Below are positions 1-8,105 of a stretch of DNA of 64,000 bases, in pieces (the first letter of the stretch is position 1; each line of letters begins with the position of its first letter). Origin of the DNA: Planctomycetota bacterium. Its GTDB lineage: Bacteria > Planctomycetota > SZUA-567 > H5-PLA8. The stretch lies in the NCBI GenBank assembly GCA_035308565.1, contig DATGGK010000207.1, positions 149 through 64,148 on the forward strand, given 5' to 3'. The notes below the pieces were generated by a model. That model searched no databases. It saw nothing but the letters and a program-made list of their open reading frames with translations, and was not told where the DNA came from. Both the position numbers and the translations under genes were made by a program.

Positions 1-21
1 GCGAAGCGAGACGCCGCCGTT

Positions 22-60
22 CACTCAGGACTCAGGACTCAGCCCTGCAGCACTCAGCAC
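22..60. repeat. short-word tandem repeat (ctcagga/ctcagca words)
   Basis: The sequence is cactcaggactcaggactcagccctgcagcactcagcac. Its reverse complement (gtgctgagtgctgcagggctgagtcctgagtcctgagtg) closely resembles 42485-42506 (gtgctgagtcctgagtgctgag). Confidence 0.6.
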
Positions 61-240
61 TTCGCGAACTTCTCCCTTGCCGCCCGTGAAAAACGCATTA
101 CTCTATCACCCATAATTCGTCCGCCCCTTAATTTTAAAATTAGCATCATCCGATTGCGTTCCAGTCGTTAAAATCTCCGAGCGCCGGCAACGCGCCGGCG
201 CGTATTCGCTGTCAGCACCATCTTTGAGCGGAGGATTTTC

Positions 241-2070
241 ATGCGTTACGTATCCGTTGTTGCTCTTGTCTCTCTCGCCATGCTCAGCCTCGGCAGCGCC
301 TCCGCAGGCGACGCCGGCGAAGTGGCCAAGCAGGCCTACCAACTCTTGAAAACCACCTGCTACGAATGCCACAATAGCAACCCCGACGCAAAGGGCGGGT
401 ACTTCGACGTCCTCGATCTCAAATCCATGCTCGTCAAAGGCAGCGGCAACGAAATCCCCTACGTCACTCCAGGCAAGCCCGACAAGTCCCTCATCTACCA
501 ACGCGCCTGCGTTGACCGCGACATGCCGCCCAAAAAGAAAGAGGCACAATACAACCCCGAACAAATCAAACTGCTCGGCGACTGGATCGTTCAAAATTGC
601 CCCGAAGTGCCGAAAGAAACCGAACCCGCGCGCCCCATCCTCACCGACTTCGCGGTCCTGAAAGCCGTTGACGGTTACCTGCAAGGCCTCGACGCCGATA
701 TCCGCCACTACCAGCGCTTCTTCTCGCTGGTCAATCTGCACAATTGCCCGCCCGACAGAGTCACCGCCCGCGACCTGCGCATCACCCGCGCCGCGCTCTC
801 CAAAGCCATCAATTCCATGTCCTGGATGCCCGACATCGTTCTGCCCAAGCCCGTCGATGGCACCTACGAAACCGTCTACGCCGTCGATCTGCGCGACCTC
901 GATTGGGACGACAAAGGCAACGGCCATTACAAATGGAGCGCCGTCGCCAGCATCTACCCCTATGGCCTGAGCTACACCGACAGCAACGACGCCAACATGC
1001 GCAACCTCGCCATCCGCGTCAAAGGCGACATGGGCACCGAACTCTTCTGGATTCGCGCCGACTGGTTCTGCACCGTCGCCACCAACGGCGAGCCCGTGAA
1101 ATCCCCCACGGATCCGCAGGGCAAATACGACGGCCCCTACCACCAGTTGCTCGCGATCCCTGAAAACATTCACTCGCTCGAACACAAACTCGGCGTTGAC
1201 CGCCAGGCCAATTTCGACCGCGACCGCCTCGCCCGCGCCGGCTTCAACGCCACCAAAGTCGGCTTCCACAACCGGCTCGTCGAACGCCACACCTCGCTCT
1301 ACGGCGCGTACTGGATCAGCTACGATTTCAAAAACGTCTCCGGCCGCGAACACAGCCTCGCCCAATCCCCGCTCGGCCCGCAAGGCATCACGCACGGCAA
1401 ATACGCTCAGATGGAATTCCAGCACGACGGCGGCGAAATCGTCTTCAACCTGCCCAACGGCCTGCAAGGCTACATGCTGGCCAACGGCAAAGGCGACCGC
1501 ATCGACGCCGGCCCGGCGGATGTAGTCAGCGATTCACAACGTACCCTCGGCTACACCACCATCTTCAACGGCATCTCCTGCATGGCCTGCCACAACCTCG
1601 GCATGAAGCCGGTCGTCGATGAAATCCGCGCCTCGTCCGCGCTGCAAGGCGCCGCCTTGACCAAAGTCCAGCGCCTCTACCCGCCGGTCTCGACGATGGA
1701 CAAGTACCTCGAAAAAGACCGCAAGCGCTTCCTCACCGCCGTCGAAGAAGCCACGTTGCAGTTCCTCAGCGCCGGCAGCGACGCGGGCAAAAAGCTCTCC
1801 GAATTCCCCGAACCAATCCTGATCGTGGCGCAGCGCTACTCCGCCGTGATGACCTTCGCCGACATCTGCAACGAATTGCAGTGCAAGCCCGAAAAGCTCG
1901 AAGCGCTCATCCAGGTCGAAACCCGCCTCAGCGCCCTCTCCGGCATGACCGAAAAAGCCGGCTCGATCAACCGCGAACTCTGGCAGGACCGCAGTTCCTC
2001 GACCCGTTCCCTGTACCAGAAGGCCGCCTACTCGCTGGGCGAAGGCACCCCGCTCGACAGCAACAACTGA
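241..2070 (+). CDS. exported c-type cytochrome-domain protein (Planctomycete-type cytochrome c N-terminal domain, two CxxCH motifs)
   Basis: 609-aa ORF with GGAGG 6 nt upstream of the ATG. It has a signal peptide (MRYVSVVALVSLAMLSLGSASA). Haem motifs are CYECH near the N-terminus and CMACH at about residue 445. The N-terminal ~100 aa look like a PSCyt1-type domain (GKPDKSLIYQR...DMPP). Confidence 0.7.
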   Translation: MRYVSVVALVSLAMLSLGSASAGDAGEVAKQAYQLLKTTCYECHNSNPDAKGGYFDVLDLKSMLVKGSGNEIPYVTPGKPDKSLIYQRACVDRDMPPKKKEAQYNPEQIKLLGDWIVQNCPEVPKETEPARPILTDFAVLKAVDGYLQGLDADIRHYQRFFSLVNLHNCPPDRVTARDLRITRAALSKAINSMSWMPDIVLPKPVDGTYETVYAVDLRDLDWDDKGNGHYKWSAVASIYPYGLSYTDSNDANMRNLAIRVKGDMGTELFWIRADWFCTVATNGEPVKSPTDPQGKYDGPYHQLLAIPENIHSLEHKLGVDRQANFDRDRLARAGFNATKVGFHNRLVERHTSLYGAYWISYDFKNVSGREHSLAQSPLGPQGITHGKYAQMEFQHDGGEIVFNLPNGLQGYMLANGKGDRIDAGPADVVSDSQRTLGYTTIFNGISCMACHNLGMKPVVDEIRASSALQGAALTKVQRLYPPVSTMDKYLEKDRKRFLTAVEEATLQFLSAGSDAGKKLSEFPEPILIVAQRYSAVMTFADICNELQCKPEKLEALIQVETRLSALSGMTEKAGSINRELWQDRSSSTRSLYQKAAYSLGEGTPLDSNN

Positions 2071-2078
2071 CCCTTAAC

Positions 2079-2141
2079 CCCGTGGTGCAGGCGTCTCGCC
2101 TGCACGATTCTTGTGGTGCGGGCGGCCCGCCTGCACAATTC
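2079..2141. repeat. REP-like element, family A (two tandem tgcaggcg-NNNN-cgcctgca type palindromes)
   Basis: The sequence is cccgtggtgcaggcgtctcgcctgcacgattc + ttgtggtgcgggcggcccgcctgcacaattc. The first unit differs at only 2 positions from 16502-16533. The second unit matches the reverse complement of 48651-48674. Confidence 0.85.
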
Positions 2142-2255
2142 GCAGCTTCTCAGTGGAGTTCAAAAAAATTCAGCGCCGCCGAATTCAGAAGACCCCCTCA
2201 GCGCCCTCTGTGTTCTCCGTGGCAAATTGATTTTCGAATCCAACAGCCCGCATTA

Positions 2256-2262
2256 AAGGAGG
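2256..2262 (+). promoter_or_regulatory. Shine-Dalgarno sequence for the GTG-initiated ORF at 2272
   Basis: aaggagg lies 9 nt upstream of the GTG at 2272. Confidence 0.5.
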
Positions 2263-2271
2263 ATCCCGACC

Positions 2272-3363
2272 GTGACCAAGACATCGCCCCTTATCCCACT
2301 GCTCGCCCTGCTCACCCTGAGCGCCGCCGCCTCGGATTTCACCGGCCTCAAGCAGGAAATGGACTCCGTCGCCGACAAAGTCTTCCTCACGCTCAAAGAG
2401 GAAGGCCAGGACAGAATCGCCATCCGCGACTTCACGTCCCCGAGTTTCATGCAGGCCAACTTCAGCAACGCGCTCAAGGACGAACTGACCTGTTCCCTTA
2501 AGGAAAAAAAGGTTAACGTGGACGCTCAGGCCACCTATGAAATTTCCGGCGAATACCGCATCGCACAAGACGAAACGGACCCCGCCAAAAAATCCGACTT
2601 GCACGGCCTGCTCATCCAGTTCGAACTCAAGGACCAGAAAAACAACAAGAGCCTCGGCAAATTCGCCCACCAGGTCTTCGACAACTCCCTGATGAGCAGC
2701 GTGGCCGGCATCAATGGTTCCGTCAAACCCAACGACTCGCTCGAAAAACGCAACACGGACCTGTACAACAAATCCGAGCATCCCGAATACAGCGTCTCCA
2801 ACAGCGAAGTCATCGTCGGTCAATTCGGCGTCGAAGTCGGCATCTTTGACGGACACAATTTCACGCCGCGCGCAATCTTTGAGAAAAACCATTCGCCCTA
2901 TGTCGAACTCAACCACAACGATCAGTATGCCATCAAACTGATCAACAACTCCGATTACGACGTGGCCGTGCTGCTCACCGTGGACGGCATCAACACCTTC
3001 CACTTCAGCGAAATCCGCAACGACAAAGGCGAGCCGCGCTATTCGCACTGGATCGTTGGCGCGCACAGCAACTCGCTGATCAAAGGCTGGCACAAGGACC
3101 TCAAGCAGATGTATTCGTTCTTCATCACCGATGTCCCCAACTCAGCCGCCGGCCAATTGAAAAGCGTCGGCAGCATCGGCGTGATCAACGCGCAGTTCCA
3201 CGCGGTCATCGTCGGCGGCGCGCACAACGCCACCGACGAAGGCAAAACCCGCGGCGCCGACCTCGCCACCGGCAAAGGCCCGCCGATCGACGCCGCCTCG
3301 AAAGAAGTCGCCGTCAAATTCGGCGCCATGCGCACCTCCATCACCGTCCGCTACGGAAAGTAA
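2272..3363 (+). CDS. exported hypothetical protein, paralog 1 of a tandem pair
   Basis: 363-aa ORF with a GTG start and strong SD. It has a signal peptide (MTKTSPLIPLLALLTLSAAAS). It shares many sequence blocks with the ORF at 3475-4572. I recognise no characterised family. Confidence 0.75.
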   Translation: MTKTSPLIPLLALLTLSAAASDFTGLKQEMDSVADKVFLTLKEEGQDRIAIRDFTSPSFMQANFSNALKDELTCSLKEKKVNVDAQATYEISGEYRIAQDETDPAKKSDLHGLLIQFELKDQKNNKSLGKFAHQVFDNSLMSSVAGINGSVKPNDSLEKRNTDLYNKSEHPEYSVSNSEVIVGQFGVEVGIFDGHNFTPRAIFEKNHSPYVELNHNDQYAIKLINNSDYDVAVLLTVDGINTFHFSEIRNDKGEPRYSHWIVGAHSNSLIKGWHKDLKQMYSFFITDVPNSAAGQLKSVGSIGVINAQFHAVIVGGAHNATDEGKTRGADLATGKGPPIDAASKEVAVKFGAMRTSITVRYGK

Positions 3364-3380
3364 CACGGGGCATTGGCGGA

Positions 3381-3424
3381 GCAGACATTCTTGTCGGCCT
3401 GCGCCGGCGGACAAGAATGTCTGC
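3381..3424. repeat. perfect 15-bp inverted repeat (hairpin) between the two paralogs
   Basis: Arms are gcagacattcttgtc (3381-3395) and gacaagaatgtctgc (3410-3424), separated by a 14-nt GC-rich loop. There is no downstream T-tract, so it is not a classical intrinsic terminator. Confidence 0.85.
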
Positions 3425-3474
3425 CCCACCATCCCAAACTCTGTCATCGCGCCATCCGCAAAAGGACAATCGCC

Positions 3475-4572
3475 ATGAAACTCACCGCGCTCATCCTCAC
3501 CGCCTCGCTCCTTGCGCTCGCCGCCTCCGCCCTTCGCGCCGGCGACTTGGATCGCCTCAACACCGAACTCGCCGCAGCCGCCGAGAAAGTGTCCACCTTT
3601 CTGACCGAAGACAAGCGCACCGACATCGCCATCGGCGATTTTGTCGCGCCGCCGATTCTTCAGTCCAATTACGGCAACGAACTCCGCCGAACCTTTCAGG
3701 ACGCGCTCGAAGCGAAGAAAATCACGGTCAGCGTCAGCGCGCTCTATGCCATCAGTGGCAAATACTATCTTGCCAAGGACGAAACGCCCGAGGCGCCGAA
3801 CAATGCCGGCGTGCCCGGCTTGAAAATAGAATTTGAAATCGTCGATCAGCAGAACAACCGCGTCGCTCAGCGTTTCGCGCGCCAACTTTTCGATCCCAAC
3901 GTCATCGCCGCCGCCGCCGGAGCCAACGCTGTCATTCCGCCCGAAAGCGCCGACAAGCGCATCGCAAAAATCGTGAAAAGCCTCGATGAATCAGACGCCG
4001 TGCTCGACAAAACCGAAGTTCACGTCGGCCAATTCGGCCTCGAAATCGGCACCGTCAACACCGCCGGCAAGTTCGAGCCGCGCACGCCCATGCCGCTGCC
4101 TGACAAACGCCCCTTCGTCGCGCTCAATCGCGACGACATCTATGCCATCCGCTTGATCAACAATGCCGATTACGACGCCGCTATCGCGCTCTCTGTCGAT
4201 GGCTTAAACGTCTTTCAATTCAGCTACATTCACAACAACAAAGGCGACAACCTCTACACGCACTGGATTGTCCCGGCTCATTCCAGCGCTCTCGTTCCCG
4301 GCTGGCACAAGACCAACGACTCGTCATTCCGCTTTAAAATCACCGACTTGCCCGATACCGCTGCCTTCAAAGCCAGAAGCACCGGCAGCATCGGCGTGAT
4401 CAACGCGCTCGTCTGCCCCGTGACGAAGGGTGGCCAGCACAATCTGGATTCCGGCATTCTCCGAGCCGGCGGCGGCACCGGTTTCGGCCCGCTCGTCGAT
4501 TTCAAAACCCGCCCCGTCAACGTCGAATTTGCCGCCCCATCCGTCTCCATCAGCATCCGTTACGCCAAGTAA
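3475..4572 (+). CDS. exported hypothetical protein, paralog 2 of a tandem pair
   Basis: The ATG at 3475 gives the signal peptide MKLTALILTASLLALAASALRA. The TTG at 3373 in the ORF track would translate the hairpin and is rejected. Blocks shared with 2272-3363 include VGQFG, YAI[KR]LINN[SA]DYD, VDG[IL]N, HWIV, GWHK, GSIGVINA and a RY[GA]K C-terminus. Confidence 0.75.
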   Translation: MKLTALILTASLLALAASALRAGDLDRLNTELAAAAEKVSTFLTEDKRTDIAIGDFVAPPILQSNYGNELRRTFQDALEAKKITVSVSALYAISGKYYLAKDETPEAPNNAGVPGLKIEFEIVDQQNNRVAQRFARQLFDPNVIAAAAGANAVIPPESADKRIAKIVKSLDESDAVLDKTEVHVGQFGLEIGTVNTAGKFEPRTPMPLPDKRPFVALNRDDIYAIRLINNADYDAAIALSVDGLNVFQFSYIHNNKGDNLYTHWIVPAHSSALVPGWHKTNDSSFRFKITDLPDTAAFKARSTGSIGVINALVCPVTKGGQHNLDSGILRAGGGTGFGPLVDFKTRPVNVEFAAPSVSISIRYAK

Positions 4573-4583
4573 TTCAAATTTAA

Positions 4584-4647
4584 GAATATGGAATTGGGAA
4601 TAGCAATTGCATTTTATTCCAAATTCAATATCCCAAATTCCACATTC
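4584..4647. repeat. imperfect inverted repeat built of gaat/ggaatt words (terminator-like position)
   Basis: The left arm gaatatggaattgggaata and right arm tatcccaaattccacattc are near reverse complements. It lies 12 nt after the stop of 3475-4572 in a locally AT-rich spacer. Confidence 0.55.
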
Positions 4648-4667
4648 TGCCCAAGAAAGGAACGGCG

Positions 4668-5684
4668 TTGAGAAAAGAACTGGGGATGTCCATCGCACTG
4701 GTCGTCATGTGCGCGCTCGTCGGCTTGTCGAACCGCGAATTCTTCGGCACCGGCAACATCAGCGACACCTCGCGCCAGATCGCGATGCTGGGCATCTACG
4801 CCATCGGCGTGAGCTTCGTGATCGTCACCGGCGGCATCGATCTGTCCATCGGCAGCATCATTGGCCTCACCGGCGTGATCATCGCGCGAATTTCCACCCC
4901 GGCCATCGAAGGTAAAGTCGCCGGCATGGGCTACCCCATCGGCATCGGCATCTGCGTCGCGCTGGCCGTCGCGCTGAGCATTGGCTTGATTCAAGGCCTG
5001 CTGATCACGCGGCTGAATTTGCAGCCGTTCATCGTCACACTCGCCGGCATGTTGATCATTCGCGGTGTATCGCAAACGATCACCCAAGGCGGCAACATCA
5101 GTTTCGGCGCGACCAGTTTTCCCGACCTCGCCAACGAAGGCATCCATCTGGGTCCCAGCCTGACGCTCACGTACCCCGTGTTCATATTTCTCGGCGTGGC
5201 GCTCGTCGCCACCTACGTTTTGCATTTCACAGTCTTCGGCCGCCATGTTTTTGCCATAGGCGGAAATCGTGACGCCGCGCGTTATTCCGGCGTGCCGGTC
5301 AAGCGCGTGGAGGTGGCCACGTATGTCATCTCCGCTGGGCTGGCCGGTGTCGCGGGGATTCCAGTTGCGTCGTACATCAGTCAGATGAGCCACTCGGTGG
5401 GCGTCAGTTACGAGTTGTACGCCATCGCCGCGGCGGTGCTTGGCGGTGTGTCGCTGCGCGGCGGAGAAGGCACGATCTTCGGTGTGTTCATCGGCGCGGC
5501 GATCATGCGCGTGATGGAAAACGGCATCAACATGTTTAAGCTGGGGCCGGAAGGCAACGAATGGCGCCTGGACAAGAACAAGCACGACATCGTCATCGGC
5601 GCGGTAATTCTGGGCGCGGTCATCCTCGACCAGGTCACGCATATCCTGCAGGACCGCAAGAAGCTCGCGGGGAAAATGAAGTGA
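4668..5684 (+). CDS. sugar ABC transporter permease (RbsC/AraH family, BPD_transp_2)
   Basis: The 338-aa ORF aligns by eye along its length with E. coli RbsC (VTGGIDLSIGS, AIGGNRDAARYSG[VI], YEL.AIAAVVLGG[TV]SL.GG.G). The start is TTG 4668 or ATG 4686. No cognate ATPase or binding-protein gene is adjacent. Confidence 0.8.
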   Translation: MRKELGMSIALVVMCALVGLSNREFFGTGNISDTSRQIAMLGIYAIGVSFVIVTGGIDLSIGSIIGLTGVIIARISTPAIEGKVAGMGYPIGIGICVALAVALSIGLIQGLLITRLNLQPFIVTLAGMLIIRGVSQTITQGGNISFGATSFPDLANEGIHLGPSLTLTYPVFIFLGVALVATYVLHFTVFGRHVFAIGGNRDAARYSGVPVKRVEVATYVISAGLAGVAGIPVASYISQMSHSVGVSYELYAIAAAVLGGVSLRGGEGTIFGVFIGAAIMRVMENGINMFKLGPEGNEWRLDKNKHDIVIGAVILGAVILDQVTHILQDRKKLAGKMK

Positions 5685-5703
5685 GCCGTTCTCCGCTGAG
5701 AAA

Positions 5704-6972
5704 ATGACAAACTGCAAATCAAAAGACCCTGTTGAAATCCGCGCGTCAATCCCCTCTCCCTCCGGGAGAGGGCCGACGGGCGTACCCGCCCGCAGGGTGA
5801 GGGGAAGCTGCTTGATCGGATCTGACATCGAGGAATTCAGCAGCGCTAAATGGCGTCTCGTCTTCGCCGTACTTCTCGCATTCGCCGTGCGCATCAACGG
5901 CGAAGACTTCAAACAGGCTCTCGCTCCGCGCCCATTTTCTTTCCCCGCCGATCACGCCAGCCACGCCGGCTATCAAACCGAATGGTGGTACGTCACCGGC
6001 AATATCAAGGACGAACACAACCGCGCCTTCGGTTACCAATTCACCATCTTCCGCCGCGCCGTGGCGCCGCAAAGCGCGATGGTACGCGGCCGCACCAGCG
6101 ACTGGGCCGCGGACGATCATTTTCTGTTGCATCTGGCCATCAGCGACGTCGATGGCCAGCACTACGAATCCGCCGAATCGCTCGAACGCGGCGTGCTCGG
6201 TTTGGCCGGAGCAACCGACGCCGCAAGTGTCGCCGCGGACGCGCCGCCCGTGCGCGTGTGGACGAAAGATTCTGAATTCACACGCACAAAAAATGGCTGG
6301 ACGCTCAAAGCTTCCGCCGAAAAAATCGCGGTCGATCTCGAATTGATCGAAACGCTGCCGCCCGTGCTGCACGGCTTGCCCGGCGAAGAAGGCTTGAGCC
6401 GCAAAGGCCCAAATCCAGGACAGGCGTCTTACTACTATTCCGTGCCGCGCTTGAACACATATGGCTCGCTCAGCATCGACGGCAAGACATTCAAAATCGT
6501 CAGCGGCCTCTCATGGATGGATCACGAATTCGGCTCGAACCAACTTTCGCCGGACCAAGCCGGCTGGGAATGGTTCTCGATACATCTCGACAACGGCGAA
6601 TCGCTCATGCTGTACGTCCTGCGCAACAAAGACGGCAGCATCGAACCGCGCTCGTCCGGCACGTGGATCGGTGCCGACGGCAAAGCCGCGCATCTCGCCC
6701 TTAGCGATTTCGAGCTCGCGCCCGGCCGCGTCTGGAAAAGCCTGCGCAGCGGCGCGGATTACACAGTGGAATGGACCCTCAAAATCCCGTCGCACCACGC
6801 CGTGCTTCATCTTCGCGCCGCGCAGGACGATCAGGAATTCCATTCCGAAAAAAGCGCTGGCATGAATTACTACGAAGGCGCCGCGCGGATCGATGGAACG
6901 CTTGGCGAGCGAAAAATCAGCGGCGAAGGCTATCTCGAAATCACCGGAAAGACGCTCGGCGGACGCATGTGA
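5704..6972 (+). CDS. AttH/CrtC-like (carotenoid 1,2-hydratase fold, lipocalin-like) exported protein
   Basis: The motif YQTEWWYVTGNI...GYQFTIFR is typical of the CrtC/AttH family. The ATG at 5704 forces translation through REP element 5751-5804. TTG 5812 (LIGSDIEEFSSAKWRLVFAVLLAFAV) is an alternative start. Confidence 0.7.
   Translation: MTNCKSKDPVEIRASIPSPSGRGPTGVPARRVRGSCLIGSDIEEFSSAKWRLVFAVLLAFAVRINGEDFKQALAPRPFSFPADHASHAGYQTEWWYVTGNIKDEHNRAFGYQFTIFRRAVAPQSAMVRGRTSDWAADDHFLLHLAISDVDGQHYESAESLERGVLGLAGATDAASVAADAPPVRVWTKDSEFTRTKNGWTLKASAEKIAVDLELIETLPPVLHGLPGEEGLSRKGPNPGQASYYYSVPRLNTYGSLSIDGKTFKIVSGLSWMDHEFGSNQLSPDQAGWEWFSIHLDNGESLMLYVLRNKDGSIEPRSSGTWIGADGKAAHLALSDFELAPGRVWKSLRSGADYTVEWTLKIPSHHAVLHLRAAQDDQEFHSEKSAGMNYYEGAARIDGTLGERKISGEGYLEITGKTLGGRM
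5751..5804. repeat. REP-like element, family B (cctctccc-tccg-ggagagg palindrome plus gggtgagggg arm)
   Basis: The sequence is cccctctccctccgggagagggccgacgggcgtacccgcccgcagggtgagggg. The first 28 nt are identical to 7009-7036. Confidence 0.85.
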
Positions 6973-7008
6973 CGCGCGATACCTGCGAGCGCAGCGAGCG
7001 CCGCCGTT

Positions 7009-7068
7009 CCCCTCTCCCTCCGGGAGAGGGCCGACGAGCGCGGCCGTTTGCGCTCGCGGGGTGAGGGG
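7009..7068. repeat. REP-like element, family B (direct copy of 5751-5804)
   Basis: The sequence is cccctctccctccgggagagggccgacgagcgcggccgtttgcgctcgcggggtgagggg. It has the same orientation as the upstream copy. Confidence 0.85.
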
Positions 7069-7142
7069 CTGCGCGCCCGACGCATGCGCGGCCTTCTTGA
7101 CGCCGACCGCACCCCCGGGAATAATGCAGACAGGCCATTCGA

Positions 7143-7418
7143 ATGAACCCCGACGACACCGTCTGCTTCTGCTTCCACGTCACCTACCGCAAACTGCGCA
7201 ACTACGCGAAGCACCACAAGCCCTCCGTCCCCTCCTTAATGAGCGAATGCCTCGGCGCGGGCACCGGCTGCGGCTGGTGCCGGCCGCTGATTGTGAAAAT
7301 CTGGGAAACGCACGGACAGGAAAAGCCCGGCGAAATTCCAACGCTGGCGTCGATGGCTGAGCGCAAGGCGGCGCGCGAGCAGTATTGGATGGAAAAATTT
7401 GGAAAAAAGCCTGAATGA
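7143..7418 (+). CDS. BFD-like [2Fe-2S]-binding domain protein
   Basis: 91-aa ORF with the Cys pattern VCFCF...SECLGAGTGCGWC, typical of bacterioferritin-associated-ferredoxin-like domains. Confidence 0.7.
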   Translation: MNPDDTVCFCFHVTYRKLRNYAKHHKPSVPSLMSECLGAGTGCGWCRPLIVKIWETHGQEKPGEIPTLASMAERKAAREQYWMEKFGKKPE

Positions 7419-7688
7419 CTACAGCTTCTTCAACTCCCGTTCGTAATCGCCATGATTGCCGATGAAATACCAGTAGATGGTGTCGCCTTCGAGCAGCCCC
7501 AACGCCCGATACCCCCGATTAATTCTTACCGAATAAATCGGCTCTTCGTCGTTCACGCGCTTGAACCGCAAGCCGGTCGCCGACGGATTCGCGCGCCAGA
7601 GTAAATAGGCTTTGTGCGCCTTTCGCTGAATCTCCGGCGGCAATTGTCTAAATTGAACCCAGAAATCAGGAACGGTGCGGGATTTCAT
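7419..7688 (-). CDS. type II toxin, RelE/ParE superfamily
   Basis: The ORF reads MKSRTVPDFWVQFRQLPPEIQRKAHKAYLLWRANP...LRFKRV...YSVRINRGYRALG...IYWYFIGNHGDYE, a typical RelE/ParE-like pattern. An alternative ATG lies at 7709. It overlaps the upstream antitoxin ORF. Confidence 0.7.
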   Translation of the reverse strand: MKSRTVPDFWVQFRQLPPEIQRKAHKAYLLWRANPSATGLRFKRVNDEEPIYSVRINRGYRALGLLEGDTIYWYFIGNHGDYERELKKL

Positions 7689-7983
7689 CGGGCGCAATCC
7701 TTCCGTCATCGGTGAATATCATTGGGCGGCTTTTGCCGTCCCGAATCTCCGCCCGTACCTTTTCCGCCATTTTTTTCAATCCGCTTTTAGTGGCGCGGAA
7801 TTGTTTATCCCATTGCTTTTCATCCGCCACGATATCTGCTTCATTTTCAGGGCTTTCAGTCTCGCGCTGAACTTGCCGGGCAAACGTCAGAATCTTGCGC
7901 GTGCGATGGGCCGGCAGTTTCCGAACAATTGCGATTAGTGCGTGTTCAACGGATGACGTGTCCTTGGTTCGAGCGCTGGCCAT
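7666..7983 (-). CDS. putative antitoxin (DUF2281-like N-terminus)
   Basis: The ATG at 7983 gives MASARTKDTSSVEHALIAIVRKLPAHRTRKILTFARQVQ. It overlaps the toxin start by 23 nt, consistent with translational coupling. The longer track ORF starting at 8076 is less likely. Confidence 0.55.
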   Translation of the reverse strand: MASARTKDTSSVEHALIAIVRKLPAHRTRKILTFARQVQRETESPENEADIVADEKQWDKQFRATKSGLKKMAEKVRAEIRDGKSRPMIFTDDGRIAPDEIPHRS

Positions 7984-8105
7984 GGCGGGACTCCTTATGC
8001 AAAAAAGATTACCATACGCCGTGTGCCTCGTCCAGCCGTACTCAGTGCATTCAATTCCGCATTTCCGCCCTTGCAATCAAGCGCTTTGGTGTAGTTTTCA
8101 AAACC

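Noticed and set aside
106-1467. 453-aa minus-strand ORF antisense to the cytochrome gene.
   Set aside because: It is a shadow ORF typical of high-GC DNA. The product is low-complexity and rich in A/G/V/D/E with no motifs. The plus-strand ORF has a signal peptide, haem motifs and an SD sequence.
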